From positions 186,001 through 250,000 of the forward strand of contig CDLV01000009.1 in NCBI GenBank assembly GCA_001244265.2: a stretch of 64,000 nucleotides of DNA. Direction: 5' to 3'. The notes beneath the pieces were generated by a model. It did not search any database. It was not told where the DNA came from and saw only the letters and a program-made list of their open reading frames with translations. Of this stretch, positions 10,507 to 21,460 are shown piece after piece. Source of the DNA: Microbotryum violaceum (taxonomy: Eukaryota). Made by a program: the position numbers and the translations under genes. The stretch's first letter is position 1. Each line of letters begins with the position of its first letter.

Positions 10507-11820
10507 GTCGGCGGGCACACGGGGTGCAGCTCGTGAAGGATCAGGCTGCTGGCGGAGTCCGAGATCGCGCGACCGCGCACCGCGACTAACTTTAGGCCCC
10601 CTTGGTTGATCGAGTGGACGTCGCGCGTCTAGCAGCCATTTGAAACCACCCGAGGTGCTACACTGCCTCTTCAAGACAAGACGCTCGCGGGCCCGAGGAA
10701 TCAGGATACTCGGCGCCCGTGCCATGTCTAAACAAACATTATATTGTATTTACTAGCTGGAACTACCGTACCGCGTGGCGGCGACTCAAGGAATCAATGA
10801 ACCTCACTCGCTCGCGCCCTCGCGCCCCGACCATTTCGTTGACCAATCCTGCAGGTCTCAGTAGCTGAGCTGAGAGCTCAAAGGATTTTATTTGTCGTTC
10901 TCATTGATAAGAAGCCGTCCATCTCAATCAATTGGGACGGCCAATAATCAAATATTGAGCTAGATTCGTGTATAACGTTCGTCTAAAAGGATGGTGGCAG
11001 GGAACGGCGGGAAGTAGACAGATCTGCCAAGGAATGGCCACGCTACTTTTTTCATGAACTTGAAGACGAAACTGCCGTCTTCAAAAGGTATCAAAGCCCT
11101 CGTAATATTAGTCTATTCAGTTACATGATACATCGTCAACGCGACTATACATCCAAAATTCGCCATGACTGTAGGCGTGCAGTGCGATTCGGTGCCACTG
11201 GTGACCGGGCGGATTCTCTACTAGGGACTAAGTTCGACTGGAACTCGGCCACTGCTTCCGCTGAGAACCCAACGTTTCGAACTTACAAGCTGCAGGCGTT
11301 AAATGATTCCCAAGCCCCACCCGGGAGTCGTCTTCAATTTGGCTTCGACGCCCATCTCTATGTGGGGTTTTGGTAGCCTGGACTGCAAACGTTGAGTTGC
11401 ATCATCGTTTTAAGTCTCCTGAGTCCTCGAGGATACCGCTGACCCACTGCAATGCCAGCCAAAGGAAGCCTCAGGCTCAATCTGTGCAGCCGAGTCAAAC
11501 GAGCCCCTCCGCGCAGCGGCAAGGCTGCGAGACTGAAGAGGGTCCCTCTCCCCTGGGCTCGAGGTGGTACAACCGAGGCATACTTTACGGCTCGCCGCCG
11601 AGAAGCAAATCCTTGCCCAGACGCGCGCCATCGTCGCCGACCATCATGTTCTAACACAATTGCAAATGTTACGAGTGTTTCAATCGGAGATAATTGACCA
11701 TGAGGTTCCATCGCGAGATAAATATATCACCTAAAGCAAAAGTCTTAGCTCCTCGGTGTCTCGGGGTCGATCAGCCCGCGCTGATGTACTGCGCTGTTAG
11801 ACTGCGGAGGAACACAGCTG

Positions 11821-14131
11821 TTATACTTTCGGAGGAACACGGGCCCAGATTCCATCTAGGTATGAGGTAGAAAACCAAGGCGCATCAAGAGCGCAGCTAT
11901 GAATGAGAGCGAATTTGTGAAGAACGTGTGTAAGTGAGCTGAAGAGAGTTGCCCCAGCCGTTCTACTTACATTCGGCCTCCGGCGCGTCCTTGAGGCATA
12001 GCAGGCGCCTTGGGGCCTAGCAACGCCTCGGACTCCCCAGCGAATCTGTTCCAGTAATTCTCGACATTAGCGTTGGTCTCCGAGGACAGTCGCATTCGTA
12101 CCCGCTCCACTCACAAGGCGACCAAACGACCGAGGTTGCTTGCCATTGTTATCACTGCGGCGTCCGCCTCCTTGGCGGCTACAATGAGGTCGCGAATCAC
12201 AGCGCGCGCGCTTGCAACCCGAATTCGCAGTGGCAGATCGTTGAAATCCTTTTGTACAAAAGTATAGTGGGGAGCCAGGTCGACGTTAGGGGTACGATCA
12301 AATATGAAGGGGGCGGCGATGGCGTCATGGGCCATCTGCTCTAGCGCATCGTCCTCGATCGTCAGGAGGATGGCGCGCGGCTGCTTCTCGATCGAGAAAC
12401 GACGAGCCGTTGGGGAGAGGGGATAGCAAGGATTGGCTTGTGACGATGAACAACCGACCATACGATCGTAGAGGCCGTGCATAACCTGGAGGTGTGCGGT
12501 CAGGTTCCCGCTGCGCGGGGGGGGGGGGGGGGGGGGCAGGGGTTAAACCAAGAAGGCTAAAAGTGTGTGGACAGGCAGTGCCGGGATCACTGCTACCCCA
12601 TTGCTCACAAGGTATTGTTGATGAACAGGGTGCTATTCCCATATTCTTCCAACTTGTCGCCCAATCGGACTTGGACCGCGATTGTCGGGTGCTCGCCTCC
12701 TATGCGCATCATCGTCTTGACCCTTTCAACGTCGTCCAGTATTGCCGGCACGGGCTTGAACAGGGTAGGTAAGAGCTGGGCGTACTCCTCGAAAATGGGT
12801 ATCAACGGGCGTGGAAGAGTGTACGATGGAGGCAACACTTTGGGACAGGTGGTGTGATTGAACAGCTCCCGTTCCACCCTCTGCAATTCGAAAGTCTCCC
12901 GTTCGTAGAAGAGCTCATGATCAATGGGGTCTGTGTTGTCGTCTGTGGAAAACCTGATCCGATCGGCCGTTCTCCAGCCGGGTTTCCATACAGGCATGGT
13001 CATAGTCTCGTTGTACCAGTTTTCCGGGGGAACGCAATCGATTGTGTAGGGCTCGAAGTAGTACTCCAATCGACCATACCCCCTAAACGAGTTGAGGTGA
13101 TTGGGAGCAGATCGTGCCGGCGCAAGTCAATTTAGCGTGACAGCAGGTTCTGTCGGCTCGGGTTTTTACCAAGTACGCGTCGCCGCAGTACGAATGCTCA
13201 CCATCTACAGCTGTTGTCAACTAATAGTGTGATACCCAACTTTTTGGCAAACATGGCCCCACGGAGCTGCAGTGTTCAGGCAAAGCGAAGCTGTCGCTAT
13301 CGTCAGCCCCAAAGCCCGGGGTAAGAATTGTACCTCGCTCAATAGGCCAACCGCGGTACAGCTTGGAGATTGTGCTGGACTGACGCACCATGATTAACAT
13401 GTTTGAACCAATGCCTCCGGCCCGGAAGGGTGTGAGAATGAAACGTCCGCACGGTGGAAGGCGGCTGGCGTCGTCCGAAAGTCGCCAGGCTGCTATGTGC
13501 GAATCCTTCGGATCATCCACGGCGAAGGTGGAGCTGTCCATTGGTGGCGGCGGGCGACGCACGGTAATCGACGCTGGGTACATGTCCTCCAAGGGTATGG
13601 ATGCGCCACCCGCTCTATAACTGCTGTTGGTGGCCGATAGTCTGATTGTTTGGACGGTGAGTGCGATCGTGAGCCCGAGCACGATGCCGTAAAAGAGCTT
13701 AGGGCGAGAGCGCCTTTCTGGGACTGCCGCAAAGTGCGGGCCTTCTCCAGTCCTGCTTTCGAGCCAATTCTGTAGAAATCAGAACACACACAGTTTTGAG
13801 TAAGGAGAGGAGCCGAACTAAGCAGTTCGTTAGCGGCGCCGGGTCAGGAAACACGCCAATCTGCTGCCGGGCTCACCGGAACAGTTCGGGTTATGCTGTG
13901 CGTCCACCGCCGAACCGTTACTAGCAGCCGGCGAATAGATCCACTCCATAACCCGCTTTTCTTGCTTGATGCGTAATACGGGGACCCGATCCCTTGCATC
14001 GTCAACTCCGTGAGCTCGTCATCTCCTGAGCCCGAGTCCACGCTCCTACGCACGCCTTCCTCGACGAGTTCGTACTGATCGCCGCTGTCGTCGTGGCAGG
14101 GGGGGCCACGATCGCGGGTCGCGTCAACCAT
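11821..14131 (-). CDS. Fucosyltransferase-like (GT23/FUT8/NodZ-like, GT-B) type II membrane protein, multi-exon
   Basis: TM segment LFYGIVLGLTIALTV; GGIGSNML; IAVQVRLGDK donor-binding motif; VITMASNLGRL; last exons splice to ICALDAPWFSTSY...PPKV* (stop 11821-11823). Start ATG inferred. Confidence 0.7.
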
Positions 14132-15471
14132 GCTGCCAACGATCGATGCAGTGCCAGGTCGTCGAAAGAGTCGATGCGAACAGGTGGTAAGTGGTAAGCG
14201 GTCCAGTGACCAAAAGTGAATTATTTTGGAAGGATATGGCAACTGCGACTTCTCGAGACAAGCTAGTCTAGCGCCGAGTTTCAGGCGGTGACTCTACCCG
14301 ACCTCTAAACAGGAGAACACGCGTAGAAAGGCGTAGCCACAACGGACGCCCCTGAGGCCGGCTCACGAGGACCCTGCACCGGAGCCGAGCTCCTAGTAGT
14401 AGACACGGATCGTGAGATTGCTTACATGAGGATACATGTCGTTTGCAGCAGCAAAACCCGTCACTTTTTCTGGACCTAACTGACAAACCAACGGGTAGTC
14501 CAGTTATTTGGCAAGGTGACCGAGTACCGGACTGCCCGTCCGTTCCGAGACTCTGACCCGCTTGACCCGCTTTCTCGTCCAAAGAGGACCATCGAAGATT
14601 ATCGGTTGCACTTGGTTTTTGGATTCTCAATGAACGACAGCTTCTACTTCGTCTAAGATCAACAGGAGTATGTATAGACCGGAGCTCGGACACCCGCCGA
14701 GAGAAAACATTGCGGTCATGGCCGTTTGATGAGGCATCCCGATCGCGCAGAAGTCAATACAGTGCACTTGTCAGGGCTCGTTTGACGCCGTTTTCATCTG
14801 GACCTCTGGAAAATTTTCGATGATCATTTGCACAAAGTCAACAATACGACCCGAAGCGAGGACAAGTGAGCGACGGGTCGAGTCCCGGTGCTTGTTCGGC
14901 TCATCCGCTCCTTCTACAATTGTTAAGCCTTTCGGAGGGGCGACGAGATGGGCAAGTGCACCAAAACTTGACTCCCCAAGCAAGATGACGTCGTTGTCGG
15001 CCAGCGAAAAGAGATCCGCCGACGAGTTGCCGGTGTCGACGAGTGTGTAGTCCTTAAAGTCGAGCAAATTCAGAACGGTCGAGTTGGCGTTCTCCATCAC
15101 GACCCGAATGTCGAGCTCGGCGGATGCTGCGCGCAGTTTGGAGATGATATCGTTGATGTGGGAGAGCTGCATCGAGCTGCGGGGTGCTTCCATCGTTCCT
15201 TCATACATCGCCGCGTCTCCCCATCGGATGTGTATCCCACAAGAGAGCGCATTTCGACTCGCCGCATTACCTGGCGGCAGGAGTCGCTCCAGCCTACGGC
15301 CATCCAGGGCGTCAATCCGCTGCCGTTCAAAGTCGCGGTAACAGTCGTTGAGATCTTCAAAAAGTTTCCCCACAACGTCATCGAGAATAATGGCGCATCC
15401 CCGCTGATCCATCCGCCGTTTCACTGCAAGCCCATATTCGTACCCCGAGCCCACTCGACTGCAAGCCCCTC

Positions 15472-15674
15472 TTTTAGAACCCTGAAGCCCAGGGACGAGA
15501 TACGTAAGTATGAGAGCCGAAGATGATAGTAAAGATAGTTGGAGAAAGGAGAGAAGGGCTACGGAAGCGCGCGCGAGGCAGGCTCGAGGCGCGCGAGGCA
15601 ACCAATACCAACAACTAGTAACTAATCATATTCGGGAATCCAAGCGGGATGAAACATTAATATACTCTCTGACA
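15472..15674 (-). repeat. 3' LTR (TGTCAG...CTAAAA), preceded by a G7 PPT at 15675-15681
   Basis: Matches the split 5' LTR with about 5 substitutions and one 3-bp indel, counted by eye. Confidence 0.92.
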
Positions 15675-18656
15675 CCCCCCCGTGCTGTCATACCACTGCA
15701 CCCCGTAAACCCGAGTTTTCCCGATGGAATAGGAACGGCTTGGGACGCAAGGCTTTGGTGAAGATGTCGGCAAACATGTTGCCGGTGTCGATGTAGCGGA
15801 CCTCGATCTCTTTCTCAGCAACCCTCTCGCGGACGTAATGCTCCGAGATACGAACGTGACGAGACCCCTGATAATTGGTTGGATGTTGTGCAAGAGCCAG
15901 CGAACCTTGATTGTCGCCGTAGAGCACGACTGGGCCGGAGACCGGGGCGCCGAGTTCAGCCAGGAGTTCGCTGAGGTGGATGGCATCACCACTTGTGTAC
16001 GAAAGAGAGAGGTACTCGGCGTCTGTGGTCGACTTAGCCAGCCTGTGTTCGCGTTTCGAGCACCAGGCGATTGCGGCTCCGGAGTAGATGAACGCGTAGC
16101 CCATGGTTGATCTCGAGGTGGTCAGACAGGCTCCCCAATTCGCATCCGAGTAGCCATGGAACTCTTTGCTGGTCTTGCGGTAGGTGAGACCCAAGTCCAG
16201 AGTGCCTTTGATGTAGCGAAGGACCTGCTTAATTGCTGTCCAATGCGCGGGACCTGGCTGTTGAGAGAAGCGAGCGAGGTAGCTGACCACGAAGGCAAGA
16301 TCGGGGCGAGTCTCGACTGCGGCGTACATCAACGAACCAATGGCCTGCAAGTAGCGCGTACGGTCCTGAGGAGTGGCAGCCGAGTCCTGGAAGTCAAGGA
16401 CGACACCCGGCTGCATTGGAATACTTGCGGGCTTGGCGCCGGCAAATTGGAACCTAGCGAGGATGTCCCGAAGGTAGCGTTCCTGCGAAAGCGTGATGGA
16501 TCCGTCTTGTCCACGCTTGACTCAAATGCCTAGGATGTATTCGGCTGGGCCGAGACGTTTGATGCCATAGGCGAGTTCCAACGCGTCGAGCGCCCGGTCG
16601 ATCTCGGCGACTGAGGGCCCTACCAACAGCAAGTCGTCGACGTACAAGGCGATGTAATGGGATTTTCCGTTGTGTTCTCGGCGGTAGATGCAGATGTCAG
16701 ACTTGGTAGGGACATAGCCGAGAGACCGCAGAGTCGAGTCGATCTCGGCGTTCCAAATTGTGCCGGCCTGGCGAAGGCCGTAGATAGATTTGGATAGCTT
16801 GAGGATCTCACCAGGCAGGTCAATGCCCTGAGGGACGCGTATGTAGAGAGGTTTGTCAAGTTTTCCGTGCGGGTACGCCTTGTTGACGTCGGCTTGATGG
16901 ACGTGATATCCGTTGGCCGCGGCAAGTGCAATGAGGGCACGAATGGACGTGAATTTGACGACGGGGGCGTAGGTCTGTTCGAAGTCGAGGCCGGGACGTT
17001 GAGCGCATCCGTGAGCTACGAGTCTGGCTTTGTGATCGGTGATGTCCCCGTGCTGGTTGCGCTTAGTCCGAAATACCCAACCCGATCGCAAGAGGATCTC
17101 GCCTGAGGGGAGCTCGCAGGATTCAATTATCTTGAAGACCTTGTAATCGTTGAGAAGCGGATTAAATTCGTCCTGCGCAGGAGCCCGCCAAAGCTCTTCT
17201 TGTCCCGATCGAATGACGTTGCCCCAATTCGACGGGTCGCGAACCACTGCCAAGTCGTGATCGGCAAAGCCCTCCTTGGTGGCTGCAAAGGCGAGGAGAA
17301 GGCTTTTGAAGGAGTCGGTGGGTCCATCGGGACCGTCGCTATTCTTGCGTGATCAATGTGGGAGCAAGCTTGCGACGAGTCCTGGGGCCTTCAATGATGT
17401 TACTAGCGTTGACTTCGCCGTACTTCCCTGGATCTGGACCAACCTTCGCGACGTCGCCGTATTCCCAAGTCGGCTTGGCTTTGGCGAATGGGGCGGGAGC
17501 CGGAGGTGGTTGCGTCATGTTTGCGTCCGCGACCGAGGCAGGGTCGTCGTCGTCTTCCGATGTAATTGTTGCTGGTGGTGAGGGAGCTTCCGACGTGTTC
17601 GTTGCCGGTGGTGCGGGAACTTCCGCGGGTGCCGGTGCCGGTGCCAATGGAGCCTCGACTGGTGTAGAGTCGACGACTGGCGGCGTAGGTTCGACGATAG
17701 ACGGACTAGCGCGGCTGTAACCCGGGATCGACGGCGGCGCGGCGCGAGCGGGCGCGGAGAAGGGGAATTCGGTTCCGAGAAAGGACACATCTCGACTCAG
17801 GCAGACTCGCAACGAGGAGGGATTGAGGAGACGATAGGCTTTGGCGTGTCTATCGTAGCCGACGAAGACCATCGGGATGCCTTTTGGATCGAGTTTGTCG
17901 CGCCGGTGGGCAGGCAATGTGGCCCACGCGCGGCAACCGAAAACCCGGAGAGCCGCTACGTCTGGAACACCGCCCGACCATCGAGTGTTGGGGATGGCCT
18001 CGCCCAAAGCCGCGTGGGGTGAGAGGTTCTTGGCGTGGATGTAACACATGGCCGCCTCGTCCCAGCACGATCGTGGAAGTCCTGAGTGGGACAGGAGAGC
18101 CAAAGTGCCTTCCACGATCGACAAGTTGACGCGCTCCGCTCAACCGTTCTGCTCAGGGGTGTAAGGGATGGTCAACTCGCGACGAATTCCGCGCGCCACG
18201 CAAAAGCCGTTGAAGGCGGTAGAGATGTATTCGCCTCCGTTGTCGGAGCGTAGAGTTTTGACTCGGCGCCCAGTGGCGTTTTCGATCTCCAAAAGCCAGT
18301 CCTTGAACGTTTGCAGAACCTCGCTCTTGTGCCCTATGGGGTAACCCCAAACCTTGCGCGAGTGGTCGTCGATGAACGTGACAGACAAGGTAGCGTTTGT
18401 TCGAGGCGGATTCCAGTCCTCGGGGAAGGCCGCTGGTGCGTTCGGTGGAAGGAGATGACGGGGCCTCGGGGCCTCTTCGTCGCGGATTCGCTGGTTCCTG
18501 ACCAGCTCGTCATATTGCTCTCGTGTGAGAGTGATGGAGCCGATGGCTGAGACGTCGATGTTTTGGCGTTGGGTCGATGTCGATGACGGAGGGGGAGTTG
18601 ATACCCTGTCACCGGGCCCGGCCATCGTGTTGACGTCCGCCGCTGGTAGGTCGGTT

Positions 18657-18668
18657 GGGCTCATAACC
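18657..18668 (-). other. Primer binding site GGTTATGAGCCC (half-tRNAiMet type)
   Basis: Abuts the 5' LTR; complementary to the initiator-tRNA anticodon arm GGGCUCAUAACC; contains the gag ATG (18664). Confidence 0.9.
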
Positions 18669-21460
18669 TTTTAGAACCCTGAAGCCCAGGCACGAGATAC
18701 GTAAGTATGAAAGCCGAAGATGACAGTAAAGATAGTTGGAGAAAGGAGAGAAGGGCTACGGAAGCGCGCGCGAGGCAGGCTCGAGGCGCGCGAGGAGGCA
18801 ACCAATTACCCTAACTAGTTACCCTAATTATTATTACCCTAACTAGTAAAAAAAAGCGGTGAGTTAAGGAATGTACCTAAAATCGCTGTTTTTAACTAGG
18901 TTGCGGCCCTCCGGGCCGCCTGTGGTGGATGTACCAGCATACTGTTGTGTCTGCCGCACCTGCCTGTGGTGTTGGGGTTCGGATCAGAAGTCATGTACGA
19001 GCCCTATGGTGACTTTTGTATTTTCCGCGCCGTTCCAACGAAGCTACAGCGCTCCCAGTATTCTCCTTCTTTTTTCGCTCAGATAAAACAATGCTTCCAC
19101 TCATATTGCATTTAATGAATTGCAAGCGCGTGGCTTTGCATGATATTGCTTCTACAGCAGAGCTCTGCTTGACGTGCGAGGCGAGGGCTGGCTTTTGTCA
19201 CGTGATGCGGTGCGCCGGCGGTGGAGTGTCATTCCGGCAGTCGACCAGCGGCATTAGGGGCTGAACAACAAATCAAACCACGTAAATAATCCTGCGCCAC
19301 TCCCTCGAACCTTTCCTTTCTCCCTCCCACTCTCATCCGACACTCATTCAAGAACAAACCTTCGCTACTGTGTAATGCCCCGGTCCCAAGGTCGCCAGGG
19401 AGGGCCATCGCAACCTCGCCAAGTCTTGGGCGCGAGGATAGCGCCGTACCATGGGCCGTACCATGGGCCAGCTCGAGCGCCCGCTGCTGGGCGCCCCGCG
19501 GCTCGACCCTCCTCTTCGTCCCGCACCGATCAACAGAATCAGCCCCCCGGCGAGTCATGACAACAATTCAACCGATCTTGGCATTGCGACACGTATACGA
19601 GCCCGCCGTGCAGCTGTGCAGAACGGACAGCGTGGTCAGCGCGATGGCCAACTCGACGCTGGGCTCGCCCCACCACCACCTCCGCAAAGGCGAGTGCGCC
19701 GGGCTCGAATCGCGCTCAAACCCCTCAAGCCCCACGTTTTCGCAGGGCAAGGTGCAGCTACCTCCCCCTCCCCAGCCCAATCTCGAGTATCGGCAGCTTC
19801 TTCAAGGCTTGGATAGCGGTCAGTTGCTCCGTCCAACAACATTCGTCTGCAGTAGACCCACATGCTGAACTGTTCTACCCACCCACACAGAAGCTAAAGC
19901 ATTCCGCGAGAATGCCCGGTCTTACAATAACGCGTTGTCCTTTACTTCGCTCGCTGCCCACTGGGACCAAACCCAAGTGGGCACTCTAGGACCCCCGTGT
20001 TTCGCGTGTTTGGTCGCCTCTACCATCGACTCGGCGCTCTGATCCCTGCCGTGAATCAATGCCCAACCTTTGCCCAGACATGGCTGATCGACTCGGCCGA
20101 GGCCACCGACACTCGACTTGAACCCGACGGCGCAGACAGTCACATGCAACGATCTACTTTGACCAAGCTCGAGTCCATGTTGCGTACCAAGAATCACTTT
20201 GTGAGGGAGTTCGCATCGGCCAAACCTCGCGCAGGTTGGGATACGGCCAAAGAGTGGATCCTGCGCCTCTGCCTCCCGCCAGACCGGGACCGACGCACCC
20301 ACAACCCTCCTACATCAAGCACAGAAATGGCGATGCTTATCTGCGATTCCGACACCAACACGGGAGATCGTGGACCGCAAGACCTTATTCTCCGGGTGCA
20401 CGGTGATCGATGTCCCGATGGTCGGCCCAAGTACCAAATCGTTAGCTCGCTCCATCTGTCCGCGATGCCTCTTCGTTACCCACTACTTTTTCCTGCAGGG
20501 GAAGATGGCTTCCACCCCAACATTCCTCTTTGCGGGTTCCACCAAGCCGGGCCGCCAATCGCCAGAAACCGAGAGCAGATCGACAATGGTGTCCAATTGC
20601 GCGAGGTACTTGCCGGTCTTGGTCTGGATGACGAAGACGAACAGGAGGACGAAGACCGCGACAATGAGGATGAAGACGGCGAGGAAGGGGACGAAGAGGA
20701 TGGTGATGGCGAACGTACGCTTCTTCAGCTCTTTCTCTGATGTTCCATTCTGTCTAAGGCGCAAGCACAGACTGACATTGAACTTTTGAACACCTAGGAC
20801 GAAGGTCAAGTAAAGGGGTCGAGGTGGCGAGTCTCGCGTTCACCATTCTTTGTGCACTACTTGCCAAACGCGACGAGTACTTCTCAATCCCGCATTGCAC
20901 CCAACGTCCCTTCCTGGAGTTTGTGATTTACGGATATCCTCCCAAGTCGAGACCGATCGACTCAACACATCCGATTGCATCAAGAGAACCTACGCCTCAC
21001 CACGACCCAAGGCATCAACGGCTTGACCCCGAACCAAATCGCGACATCATGCAGCGATACCAGGATGCGATGGCGTGCGTTGTCAAACATGGAAAGCCTC
21101 CGCTGCTGATCACGACGACGTACGACCCCGACTCACCGGAAATCAAGGCTGCACTGGGGCCGATAAAGCATGCAACCGTCCGGATCTCATTGCACGAGTG
21201 TTTGAAGCCAAGTCCGGCAACAAGCGACATGCAGGCTGTTTCGGCAATGAATGTAAGATGAATGGATTTTGTTTCTTTGCTGTATTTCGTATCGTCTTAA
21301 CCTCTGCGCTGATATCATGTAGACTGTTCGATTATCCTGCTATTTTTTGAATTTCATCCTCCCGTTAATTTAACGGGTTCCCACTGGGTTATACCAACAA
21401 CTAGTAACTAATCATATTCGGGAATCCAAGTGGGATGAAACAGTAATATACTCTCTGACA
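18669..21460 (-). repeat. 5' LTR split into 18669-18805 and 21392-21460 by a Helitron
   Basis: The two halves join as ...ACCAA^TACCAAC..., as in the intact 3' LTR. Confidence 0.9.
18806..21391 (+). mobile_element. Non-autonomous Helitron copy 1 (RepHel N-terminal remnant; no HUH catalytic motifs or helicase seen)
   Basis: GKVQLPP, FRENARSYNNALSFTS, GRLYHRLG, PLRYPLLFP.GEDG, YQDAMA..KHGKP, RPDLIARVF; hairpin CCCGTTAA-T-TTAACGGG (21361-21377) plus CTGG (21384-21387); inserted at A^T in the LTR with no TSD. Confidence 0.88.

Larger units (their letters stand above)
15472..21460 (-). mobile_element. Ty1/copia LTR retrotransposon, degenerate, with an internal gag/protease deletion
   Basis: TSD CCCTC at 15467-15471 and 21461-21465; about 203-bp LTRs; integrase ([22 protein letters not shown]), RT ([15 protein letters not shown]), RNase H (GYSDANW, DNQG, ADIFTK) in IN-RT-RH order; in-frame stops and frameshifts. 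Confidence 0.95.

Noticed and set aside
11125-11711. Short ORFs in the spacer between GT genes
   Set aside because: No motif, splice structure or consistent frame that I can support.
18806-18847. Interstitial telomere or chromosome-fusion scar
   Set aside because: The CCCTAA units are not tandem hexamers and belong to the Helitron end shared with copy 2; kept only as a junction oddity.
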